Assembly: GCA_002497075.1 (NCBI GenBank)
Contig: DAML01000012.1
Span: 42,903 to 106,902, forward strand
From: Methanomassiliicoccaceae archaeon UBA472
GTDB taxonomy: Archaea > Thermoplasmatota > Thermoplasmata > Methanomassiliicoccales > UBA472
Direction: 5' to 3'
DNA: 64,000 bases
The notes beneath the pieces are model-generated. The model was not told the DNA's origin. It saw only the letters and a list, made by a program, of their open reading frames with translations, and searched no databases. Below are positions 8,444 to 16,353 of this stretch, piece after piece. Within the stretch, counting starts at the first letter, position 1. Each line of letters opens with the position of its first letter. Position numbers and translations under genes: made by a program.

Positions 8444-9841
8444 ATGAGGAAGCAAGAGGATTTCAGCGAGTGGTACAACGAGATCGTGGAACTGGCCAAC
8501 CTCACCGACAAGCGCTACCCCATCAAGGGCATGAACGTCTGGACACCCTACGGCTGGAAGATCATGCGCTTCATCGACACCTACATCCGCGAGGAGTGCG
8601 ACGCCACCGGACACGACGAGGTGTGCTTCCCGTTGCTCATCCCGGAGACGGAGTTCAAGAAGGAGAAGGACCACATCAAGGGGTTCGACGCCGAGGTCTA
8701 CTGGGTCACCCACGCCGGGCTGAACGAACTGGACGTTCGGCTGCTCTTGCGCCCGACCAGCGAGACGGCCATGTACCCGATGTTCGCTCTCTGGGTCCGC
8801 TCGCACACCGACCTGCCGCTAAAAACGTACCAGCTGGTCAACACCTTCCGGTACGAGACGAAGCAGACCAGGGCCTTCATCCGTGTCCGCGAGATCCATT
8901 TCTTTGAATCCCATACTTGCCATACGGACGAACAGGACGCGCAGCGCCAGGTGGAGGAGGACTTCGTCATCCTCGAGAACATCATGAAGCACCTGTGCCT
9001 GCCGTACTTCCTGCTACGCCGGACGGAATGGGACAAGTTCCCCGGGGCGTACTACACCGTGGGAGTGGACACCCTGCTTCCGGACGGACGGAGCTTGCAG
9101 CTCGGTTCCATCCACCACTACCGGGAGAACTTCTCCCGGCCGTTCAACATCACCTATGAGGATGAGAAGGGCGAGCACAAGTTCGCCCACCAGACCACCT
9201 TCGGTATGTCCGAAAGGCTCGTAGGCGCCGTCGTTGCCGTCCACGGGGACGACAAGGGACTGGTGCTACCGCCGGACATCTCCCCGTTCCAGGTCGTGAT
9301 CATACCGATCCTCGCCAAGGGGAACGTCGAAATGGTGGCCGAGGAGTGCCAGAAGCTCCGGCAAGAACTTGCGTCCGCCGGACTGCGCGTCAAGCTGGAC
9401 GACAGCGACGAACGCCCGGGCAGCAAGTTCCACAACTGGGAGATCCGCGGCGTTCCGCTACGCCTAGAGATGGGCATGCGCGATATCGAGGGCGGTAAGG
9501 TCGCTTACGCCCGCCGGGACACCGGTGCGAAAGGGTCCTTGGACCGCGCGAACGTCGCCTCACATGTCAGAGAGACGCTCAATCAGATCTCAGATGACAT
9601 GCGCGCTAAAGCGCTTGCAGCATCTAACAGCGCCATCCAGGACCTGGACTCGCTGGACATGGTTCCGGAGAAGGTCGTTCGCTTCGGATGGTGCGGCGAG
9701 GAGGAGTGCGGCCGCAAGTTCGAGGAGAGGACCGGCCTCAAGATGCTCGGCTCGCCGTATAACGAAGAGGAATTCCACGGCAAGTGCATTGTTTGCGGTA
9801 AGCAGGTGGAGAAGCCCACCTACGCCGCCCGCTCGATGTGA
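8444..9841 (+). CDS. proS: prolyl-tRNA synthetase (archaeal/eukaryal type)
   Basis: N-terminus FSEWYNEIVELANLTDKRYPIKGMNVWTPYGW, class II aaRS motifs, C-terminal Zn-binding CxxC. Confidence 0.93.
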   Translation: MRKQEDFSEWYNEIVELANLTDKRYPIKGMNVWTPYGWKIMRFIDTYIREECDATGHDEVCFPLLIPETEFKKEKDHIKGFDAEVYWVTHAGLNELDVRLLLRPTSETAMYPMFALWVRSHTDLPLKTYQLVNTFRYETKQTRAFIRVREIHFFESHTCHTDEQDAQRQVEEDFVILENIMKHLCLPYFLLRRTEWDKFPGAYYTVGVDTLLPDGRSLQLGSIHHYRENFSRPFNITYEDEKGEHKFAHQTTFGMSERLVGAVVAVHGDDKGLVLPPDISPFQVVIIPILAKGNVEMVAEECQKLRQELASAGLRVKLDDSDERPGSKFHNWEIRGVPLRLEMGMRDIEGGKVAYARRDTGAKGSLDRANVASHVRETLNQISDDMRAKALAASNSAIQDLDSLDMVPEKVVRFGWCGEEECGRKFEERTGLKMLGSPYNEEEFHGKCIVCGKQVEKPTYAARSM

Positions 9842-10744
9842 TCAGAAGGCCGCGGCGAACGGTATGGCCATCAGCAGGATGATCGTGGTGATCAGCCCGA
9901 TGTCCATGTGCCATCCCTCGCGCCCAGCCACCACCGTCTGCGTGTAGTTCAGCAGAGGAGCGAGAACGGCCAGTGCCATGCCGGCAATTAGCAGCCAGTA
10001 GTAACTGTATACCGATCCGTCCAGGGTCATGGACGTGGTGATCGTCAGACAGAACAGCCCCACGGCGCCTATGGCGATGCTGACGACCAGGCCGACCCAG
10101 TCCATCATCTCCAGCGCCTTCTCGGACTCCCCTTCCCGCCGGCGGTTGAAGATCACCATCTCGAATATCCCCAGGGCGACCAGCACCACGCCGATCACGA
10201 TCATGAATATCTGTCCGGCCTCCAGCTCTCCGTGCACGTTCAATTCTCCGCGCAGGCCGAATATGATGATCCCCTCGGTGATCACCAGGCAGGCGGCGAA
10301 CATTCCCAGCCACTCCAGCCAGGCAAGGCGGCGGTTGGCCAGCGGCTGGTAGTATAGGAACACGAACGCCAATATTCCCAGCAGGAACAGCTGGGCGGCG
10401 GCCAGCACCACCCAGTTCTTGCCATAGGTGCCAATGTCCTCCACGACGGCCGGGGCGGCGATGAGCAGGAATATGAGCGCTATGACCAGGACGGCCACCG
10501 CGGCCACCACCTGCATGCGCTTCATGAGCACCTCGCTGAGCCTCTGAAGCTGCGGGAAGATCGGAATGAACAACAGAAGACCTAGGACGATCAAGACCGC
10601 TCCCAGTATCATGATCATCATCTGGTCCATGACCAGGACGTCCACCAGCTCGATCTCCCGAGCGAGGACCACCAGGGCCACCCCTTCGAACATTATCAGG
10701 AGACCCATCAGGTACGGTACGAACCAGCTGCCCAACTTCTTCAA
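9842..10744 (-). CDS. polytopic membrane protein with internally repeated 2-TM units
   Basis: The first ~100 aa of the 401-aa track ORF are Cys/Ser/Trp/Pro-rich junk and overlap the small gene at 10800..11006. Start proposed at TTG 10744 (MKKLGSWFVPYLMG...), preceded by gaggcgg; ATG 10708 is the alternative. Repeated pattern WLG..(I/V).EG...(Q)..(I/M)..G.VL..LG. Confidence 0.55.
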   Translation of the reverse strand: MKKLGSWFVPYLMGLLIMFEGVALVVLAREIELVDVLVMDQMMIMILGAVLIVLGLLLFIPIFPQLQRLSEVLMKRMQVVAAVAVLVIALIFLLIAAPAVVEDIGTYGKNWVVLAAAQLFLLGILAFVFLYYQPLANRRLAWLEWLGMFAACLVITEGIIIFGLRGELNVHGELEAGQIFMIVIGVVLVALGIFEMVIFNRRREGESEKALEMMDWVGLVVSIAIGAVGLFCLTITTSMTLDGSVYSYYWLLIAGMALAVLAPLLNYTQTVVAGREGWHMDIGLITTIILLMAIPFAAAF

Positions 10745-10799
10745 ATATCCCGCCTCTGGACAATATTCGGCTGGACTAGATATAATAGTTCCGTTCAGC

Positions 10800-11006
10800 C
10801 TATTGCTTGAATTTGGCGAGAAGCAGGCCGAAAATGCCCAGACCGAGGAGCACGATGAATATGGAATAGACGCCCATGTTCTCGGCGGCGAAGATGTTCC
10901 AGCTTCCATAGGAGACGCCCCACACCCAGTAGAACAGCACCGCTGCCACCACGAGGAGCAGGGAGAATATTGCAATGGTCTTCTTGGGGTAGGCTTGCTC
11001 GGCCAT
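10800..11006 (-). CDS. small 2-TM membrane protein (68 aa)
   Basis: ATG 11006 lies about 27 nt downstream of an A/T box (gattttaatag). Two clear hydrophobic helices. TAG stop. Confidence 0.5.
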   Translation of the reverse strand: MAEQAYPKKTIAIFSLLLVVAAVLFYWVWGVSYGSWNIFAAENMGVYSIFIVLLGLGIFGLLLAKFKQ

Positions 11007-11027
11007 TGGGCGTCAAACGTGGTCGGC

Positions 11028-11038
11028 CTATTAAAATC
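11028..11038 (-). promoter_or_regulatory. TATA-like box for the 68-aa membrane protein gene
   Basis: gattttaatag centred about 27 nt upstream of ATG 11006. Confidence 0.4.
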
Positions 11039-11057
11039 TTGTTCCACGCAGGTGAAC

Positions 11058-11067
11058 CTAATATATT
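11058..11067 (+). promoter_or_regulatory. TATA-like box for the DASS transporter gene
   Basis: ctaatatatt centred about 27 nt upstream of ATG 11089. Confidence 0.4.
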
Positions 11068-11088
11068 CCTGGCTCCCATTGTGCTGGC

Positions 11089-12564
11089 ATGGGGGACGGG
11101 GAGGAACGGCGCCCGTTGGGCAACGTCATCTATTCTCTAGCGGACCGGCTCCCGTTCTTCAAGTTCTTCCGCCACCTGAGCCCGATGCAGCAGAGGGCGG
11201 TCAAGCTGGCCCTGCCGTTCCTGGTGCTGGCGGTTTTCGTCCTCATGCCCATGGACCTAGACCGCCGGGTTCAGGACGCCCTTGGAATATTCCTGTGCAT
11301 CGCCATGATGTGGACCTTTGAGTCGTTGCCGTTGCCGGCCACGGCCCTCCTGGTGCCTGTGCTGCTCACGCTCTTCGGGGTCTTTCCGGCCGCGGACGCA
11401 TTGGCGCCTTACGCCGACCCGGTGGTCTTCCTGATGATCGGGGGGCTCATCCTGGCGGAGGCGCTGCGCCACAACGGCCTGGATAAAAGACTGGCGTACA
11501 TGATGGTCCTGAAAGCGAACGGAGATCGCGACCGGACCTTGTTCTTCCTCATGGCCGCCTCGGCCTTCCTGAGCATGTGGATATCCAACACGGCGGCCGT
11601 GGCGATACTTATCCCGGTGGTGCTCGGCATATCATCCCGCCTAAAGGGCATCGGGGAGCACGTCACCGCCAGAATGCTCCTTGGCATAGGTATCGGCTCC
11701 GCGGCCGGGGGCATGATGACCGTGACCGGTTCGGCGCCTAACGCCATCGCCGCCGGTCTTCTGTCTCAGGGTCAAGACTTCACCTTCCTGGACTGGATGA
11801 TCATCGGCGTGCCGATCGGCCTGGTGCTCCTGTTCCTGGCCTGGTTCCTGCTCATACGGCTCTTTCCGTCGCACGGAGAGCGCCTGGAGATCGAGGAGCT
11901 GCGGGACGAGATGCGGAACATGGGGCCCCTGAACGCCGGTGAGAAACGAACGCTGATGGTCTTCCTGCCGACGGTGGCGCTGTGGGTGCTGGGGGCGGAG
12001 ATCGCCTCCTGGCTTGGACTGCCGCCGTCATTCATGAGCGCGGCGGTCGTGGCGCTTTCGGCCTCGGTATTCCTGTTCGTGGTCAGGGCGATCGAATGGG
12101 AGAACGCCCGGTCCATCTCCTGGGACGTGTTCCTGATCATCGGCTCCGGCCTCGCGCTCGGGGAAGGGCTGGTCTACTCCGGGGCGGCGCAATGGATCGC
12201 GGACGGCCTCGGCGGCGCTTTGCTCGGCGCCGAGCTCATGATCGTACTGCTGACCATCGCCTTTGTTACGGTGGCTATAACCAACTTCATCAGCAACACC
12301 GCCACCGCGGCCATGTTCATCCCTATATTGCTCGGGCTGTCCATAGCCCTGAACGTTCAGCCGGAGCTGCTGGTGCTGACCTGCGGGCTCTGCGTCTCGC
12401 TGAGCTTCATTACCCCTATCGGCACTCCGCCGTTCACTCTGATCTACGCCACCAAGAAGGTCAGCCGGAGGGACATGGCCAAGGCCGGCATCGTCATAAC
12501 CGTGCCGACGGCCATCGCCATATCCCTGTTCCTTCTGGCCGTGGATTATTTCGGCGTCTTCTGA
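11089..12564 (+). CDS. DASS/SLC13-family (ArsB/NhaD superfamily) anion:sodium symporter
   Basis: Polytopic 491-aa protein with repeated hairpin-loop regions (SNTAAVAILIPV and SNTATAAMFIPI) typical of divalent anion:Na+ symporters. Confidence 0.75.
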   Translation: MGDGEERRPLGNVIYSLADRLPFFKFFRHLSPMQQRAVKLALPFLVLAVFVLMPMDLDRRVQDALGIFLCIAMMWTFESLPLPATALLVPVLLTLFGVFPAADALAPYADPVVFLMIGGLILAEALRHNGLDKRLAYMMVLKANGDRDRTLFFLMAASAFLSMWISNTAAVAILIPVVLGISSRLKGIGEHVTARMLLGIGIGSAAGGMMTVTGSAPNAIAAGLLSQGQDFTFLDWMIIGVPIGLVLLFLAWFLLIRLFPSHGERLEIEELRDEMRNMGPLNAGEKRTLMVFLPTVALWVLGAEIASWLGLPPSFMSAAVVALSASVFLFVVRAIEWENARSISWDVFLIIGSGLALGEGLVYSGAAQWIADGLGGALLGAELMIVLLTIAFVTVAITNFISNTATAAMFIPILLGLSIALNVQPELLVLTCGLCVSLSFITPIGTPPFTLIYATKKVSRRDMAKAGIVITVPTAIAISLFLLAVDYFGVF

Positions 12565-13588
12565 CGTCTGGGCCACTTCCCTATTCGTTCAGGAAGCAAG
12601 GCGGAGACCATGGCCAGGATAGGCCCGATAAGGTAGCCTGCCCAGGCGAAGATGGCCAGAACCCCGATCACGACCAGCTTGACCCTGCCAACCTTGGTAA
12701 GCGGTCCGACCTTCCAGCCTGCCCGCAACAGCAAGAAGCCCAGCAACCCCGGGATGAGGAAAAGGAATATCGATATCATTATCTCGGGGCCGAGATGGCT
12801 GTCCCTGACCGTGATCACGGTCTGGACCAGGGTGCTGGCGGCCGTACCGGTGACCAGCAGCCCTGATAGAAGAAGGAAAGAGTGCTGAAGGTCGATGCCC
12901 TCGGACCTGCGCTTCCGGAAGTAAACGATGAGCAGGGACCCCAGGACCACCGTGATGATCATCGGGGTAAGTATCTCCCAGGTCTCCTGGCCCTCCCACA
13001 GGTATACCGTGTACAGGCTGAAGGGGAGGAGCAGCCACTCTTGGACGGTGAAGGATTCGCCGTATCCTATCACCAGGGCGAAGTTGCCCTCCTGAGATGC
13101 GGGAGCGAACACCGCCACGTAATACTTGCCAGTGACCGTTGCCGGGGAGTCCGTCCTGCCCAGGTCGTAAAAAGCGCTGGGAGTGAACCCTTCGTAGGTG
13201 GCCTCGTCGGGAAGAGAGGTGTTGACCACCTGAAACCTGTAACCTTCCGGGACCTCCACCCAGGAGGGTATCGCCCCCTGGTCCGCAATTCCCGGCGCCA
13301 TCATGACCATCCGAGGCAGGAACCCGTCGTCACCATCCTTCACCGGAACGATCAGGTCAAGCAGCAGCCTCTCGCCTTCCTGGATATCGAACGTGAAATA
13401 CAACGCTCGCCTTGGTGCAGGTGGGAGTAGAACGCCCAGGACTTCACCGTGTCCTCTATCTCCATCGCAGTCTCCGGCGAGGTGTTGCCGTCGGCGAACT
13501 GCGGAGAATGCGCGGAAACCGCTCCCGCTGAGAGCAGAAGCACGAGAACAACGATGAATGGGACCCGGAGGAAGCCCATGATGAACAT
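12546..13588 (-). pseudogene. frameshifted (or mis-sequenced) secreted/membrane protein gene
   Basis: ATG 13588 with a GGAGG-type SD (aaggaaggagattccgtATG) opens a signal-peptide ORF (MFIMGFLRVPFIVVLVLLLSAGAVSA...SWAFYSHLHQGE) that stops at 13352. A second frame continues ...ALYFTFDIQEGERLLLDLIVPV... through four C-terminal TM helices to 12546. The two frames join by a -1 step at about 13405-13408. Confidence 0.6.
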
Positions 13589-13671
13589 ACGGAATCTCCT
13601 TCCTTATTACGCTTGTCCTCCGAAAAATCAATTAGATATATGCATAAACCAATCTTGCCGGGCAGGAAGGG

Positions 13672-14085
13672 ATGCATCTGGACCTTTGGATACCGATCTT
13701 AATATGGCTAGCGATAGGCGCGGGGATCGCTTTCTACCTCTACCGGCTCATGGACAAGGAAGGCAAGGTGGAGGTCATCTGGGTGGTGATCGGCTTCCTT
13801 CTTTCCGTGCTCGGCCTCATGGCCTTCATCGGAGCGCGCACCATGAAGGAGAAGGACAGGGATAAGGCCGTGGACCCTAAGAGCTACCAGCCTCCGGAGT
13901 ACAAGCTCAAGGATGAGGAGCCGAAGGAGAAGGCGAAGGAAGAGAAGAAGCCTGAACCTGCCCCTGAACCGAAGAAGAAGGAGGTCAAGCAGATCGAGGG
14001 CATCCCGAGGTGCCCTGATTGCGGCGCGGCCATATCCTCCTCGGACGAACGCTGCCGGGACTGCGGCGCTAAGCTCAAGGACTGA
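13672..14085 (+). CDS. 2-TM membrane protein with Lys/Glu/Pro-rich linker and C-terminal zinc ribbon
   Basis: N-terminal helices, then KEKAKEEKKPEPAPEPKKK, then CPDCG-x9-CRDCG. Confidence 0.6.
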   Translation: MHLDLWIPILIWLAIGAGIAFYLYRLMDKEGKVEVIWVVIGFLLSVLGLMAFIGARTMKEKDRDKAVDPKSYQPPEYKLKDEEPKEKAKEEKKPEPAPEPKKKEVKQIEGIPRCPDCGAAISSSDERCRDCGAKLKD

Positions 14086-14122
14086 GGAAACCCTTTTTAT
14101 CCCCGGGCAGGATGCCCTAGGC

Positions 14123-14899
14123 ATGCTTCCCGAGGGCTCCCTGGTTTATCTTTTGGACGAGAAGGGCAAGAGGACCTGGCTGGTCCTCAACAAGGGAATG
14201 CTGAAGTTGGGCGCCATGGGCGTGGTCGACGGCGACAAGCTGCTGGCGGCCGAGGACGGTTCCGAACTTACGCTAGCTGGCAAACGGTTCTGGATACTCG
14301 TTCCGGGCGCGTCAGAGATGATGTCGTCGGTGGAACGAGGCGCCCAGGTCATCACCCCCAAGGACGCGGCGACGATCCTGATGGAGCTCAACGTCAAGTC
14401 CGGAGACACGGTCCTGGAGGCCGGTGTTGGTTCGGCCGCTTTGACGATCGCATTGCTGAACCAGGTCCGCCCGTGGGGTAAGGTGGTCTCCATGGAAATA
14501 CGCCCGGAGTTCGCTGAAAAGGGGAAGAGGAACGTGGTCAAGGCCGGTCTAGCGGACGCGTGGCGTCTGGAGCTCGGCGACATCCGAAAGGACCGCCTGG
14601 ACATCGCCGCGGACGCGGCGGTGCTGGACATGCCGGACCCCTGGGACGCCCTGGACAACGTTTCCTTGATGCTCAGGAACGGCGGGCGCTTCTGCGCCTA
14701 CGTCCCGAACACCAACCAGCTGGAGGAGATAGTCCGGCAGCTGCGCAGGAAGGGTTTCGTGGAGATCCGCAGCTACGAGAACATGCAGCGGGAGATGGTG
14801 GTGCACGAGATGGGCGTCCGTCCGTCCTACGAAACGCTGGGCCACACGGGATACCTGGTGTTCGCCAGAAAGGTGCGGTCCGAACCCGCATCCCATTGA
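14123..14899 (+). CDS. trmI: tRNA (adenine-N1)-methyltransferase TrmI (Gcd14 family)
   Basis: SAM-binding motif VLEAGVGSAALT and LDMPDPW. The start is set to ATG 14123, because the Arg-rich N-terminal 70 aa of the track ORF overlap the preceding gene. Confidence 0.85.
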   Translation: MLPEGSLVYLLDEKGKRTWLVLNKGMLKLGAMGVVDGDKLLAAEDGSELTLAGKRFWILVPGASEMMSSVERGAQVITPKDAATILMELNVKSGDTVLEAGVGSAALTIALLNQVRPWGKVVSMEIRPEFAEKGKRNVVKAGLADAWRLELGDIRKDRLDIAADAAVLDMPDPWDALDNVSLMLRNGGRFCAYVPNTNQLEEIVRQLRRKGFVEIRSYENMQREMVVHEMGVRPSYETLGHTGYLVFARKVRSEPASH

Positions 14900-14913
14900 C
14901 CGGGATGACCCGG
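14900..14913 (+). terminator. short GC hairpin directly after the trmI stop
   Basis: CCGGG-atga-CCCGG followed by aatttcg. Only a 5-bp stem with a weak T tract. Confidence 0.2.
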
Positions 14914-14955
14914 AATTTCGATATGGACCGGTTGTTCATCGGAGCCGTCAAGCGC

Positions 14956-15198
14956 TCACAGAAAATGCTGCCTCAGCCTTCTGGATATGGACCGGCGAAG
15001 CTTGGTCCTGGACATGAACGCCTCGACCTTCGCCCTGAGCACGACGATCTGAACCGTGTATCCGCGGAAGGTGGTGTTCATCTTGAAATGGCCGTGGAGG
15101 AATAGGAAGGAAAAGATGGACATGGCGCAGAGACCGGCGAATATCAGCAGCGTCTCGAGGAACAAGATGTCGGTTCTATCGATCAGTAAAGTGTCCAT
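14956..15198 (-). CDS. small single-TM protein (80 aa), hypothetical
   Basis: ATG preceded by ggag. An A/T box (cgctaaaatatccgt) lies about 50 nt upstream. One hydrophobic helix then a basic amphipathic tail. Confidence 0.4.
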   Translation of the reverse strand: MDTLLIDRTDILFLETLLIFAGLCAMSIFSFLFLHGHFKMNTTFRGYTVQIVVLRAKVEAFMSRTKLRRSISRRLRQHFL

Positions 15199-15214
15199 CT
15201 GCCGCTGTTCTCCG

Positions 15215-15237
15215 ATGTCTTGCTGGGGTCAAGACAT
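15215..15237 (-). promoter_or_regulatory. 8-bp stem / 7-nt loop hairpin in the presumed 5' leader of the 80-aa gene
   Basis: ATGTCTTG-N7-CAAGACAT, 17 nt upstream of ATG 15198, directly before the ggag SD. Confidence 0.3.
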
Positions 15238-15377
15238 TTGACGGATATTTTAGCGTTCCTCCCGGCTTAACTTGAGCCGAACTCGATGATAGGCCGGGGA
15301 GCGCCGGCAGGGCAAGGACGCTGAGACAGCCTTCGCATGCTCCAGATCAGCAGGCCACCCGCCAGGCACTTGCTCAT

Positions 15378-15388
15378 GATTATATACC
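15378..15388 (+). promoter_or_regulatory. TATA-like box for the MarC-family gene
   Basis: gattatatacc centred about 26 nt upstream of ATG 15409. Confidence 0.4.
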
Positions 15389-15408
15389 CAAAGATTTGTT
15401 CAAGGGAC

Positions 15409-16056
15409 ATGGACCTGGCCTTCGCGATAACCGCCTTCGCCTCCATATTCGCCATCATGAACCCGGTGGGCAACATCCCGGTGTTCGTAGCCATCACCGA
15501 AGGCTATACGCCGGAGCTGAAGCGCAAGGTCCGCAATAAGGTCTGCATAGTCGCCGGAGGCATACTGGTGGTCTTCGCCCTTTTCGGCAATTACATCTTC
15601 GACCTCTATGGCATCACCATACCGGCCTTCAAGATAGCCGGTGGGGCGCTGCTCTTCTCCATCGCCTTCACCATGACCAAGGGGCAGCTGACCAAGGCCA
15701 AGATGACCGACGAGGAGGAGAAGGAGGCCACGGAAAAGGAGGAGGTAGGCGTCGTTCCCCTGGGAATTCCGCTCTTCGCCGGACCGGGCGCCATCACCAC
15801 GGTCATGATCTATGTCTCCTACGCCCTGGACTCGCCGGAACCGACGACCAACTTCCTCTTCATTTTCCTAGGGATACTGGCCACCGTGGTCATATCGTTC
15901 ATACTGCTGAAGTATGCCGATCCGTTGTTCAACCGCATGGGAAAGAGCGGGACCATGGCCTTCACCAGGATCATGGGTCTGCTGCTCGCGGCCATGGCCG
16001 TGGAGTTCATTCTGTCCGGCACCTTCGAGGCGGTGTCCCACTATTGGGGCATCTGA
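15409..16056 (+). CDS. MarC-family (UPF0056) integral membrane protein
   Basis: N-terminus FASIFAIMNPVGNIPVF is typical of the MarC family. ATG 15409 lies about 26 nt downstream of gattatatacc. Confidence 0.8.
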   Translation: MDLAFAITAFASIFAIMNPVGNIPVFVAITEGYTPELKRKVRNKVCIVAGGILVVFALFGNYIFDLYGITIPAFKIAGGALLFSIAFTMTKGQLTKAKMTDEEEKEATEKEEVGVVPLGIPLFAGPGAITTVMIYVSYALDSPEPTTNFLFIFLGILATVVISFILLKYADPLFNRMGKSGTMAFTRIMGLLLAAMAVEFILSGTFEAVSHYWGI

Positions 16057-16108
16057 GTAAAAGGCAGAAGATTAATTACTGAAGGGCGATTCCTCAACCG
16101 GTGCATCA

Positions 16109-16348
16109 ATGGTTGTGGCAGAGATAAGGATCGAGCTCAAGCCGGGAGTGGCTGACCCGGAGGGCAAGAACACCAAGAAGGCCCTCGAACTGCTTGGTTT
16201 CAATGATATCAAAGGAGTGCGCTCCATCAAGATGTTCGAGATCGAGATGGACGCCGACCCGGCCGTCGCCCGCAAGGAGTGCGAGGAGATGTGCCGAAAG
16301 CTGCTGGCCAACCCGGTCATCCAAAAGTTCAGGGTCGACCTCAGGTGA
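16109..16348 (+). CDS. purS: phosphoribosylformylglycinamidine synthase subunit PurS
   Basis: 79 aa, KPGVADPEGK motif, immediately upstream of purL. Confidence 0.9.
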   Translation: MVVAEIRIELKPGVADPEGKNTKKALELLGFNDIKGVRSIKMFEIEMDADPAVARKECEEMCRKLLANPVIQKFRVDLR

Positions 16349-16353
16349 AGGTC

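Noticed and set aside
9738-10763. 341-aa Arg/Gly/Pro-rich minus-strand ORF, and the first ~100 aa of ORF 9842..11047
   Set aside because: The first is an alternate frame of the polytopic membrane protein gene. The second overlaps a better-supported small gene. Neither looks like protein sequence.
13913-14122. Arg-rich 70-aa N-terminal extension of the TrmI ORF
   Set aside because: It overlaps the 3' half of the preceding Zn-ribbon gene in another frame, where it reads the KEKAKEEKK region as RRRRRK. TrmI homology begins at ATG 14123.
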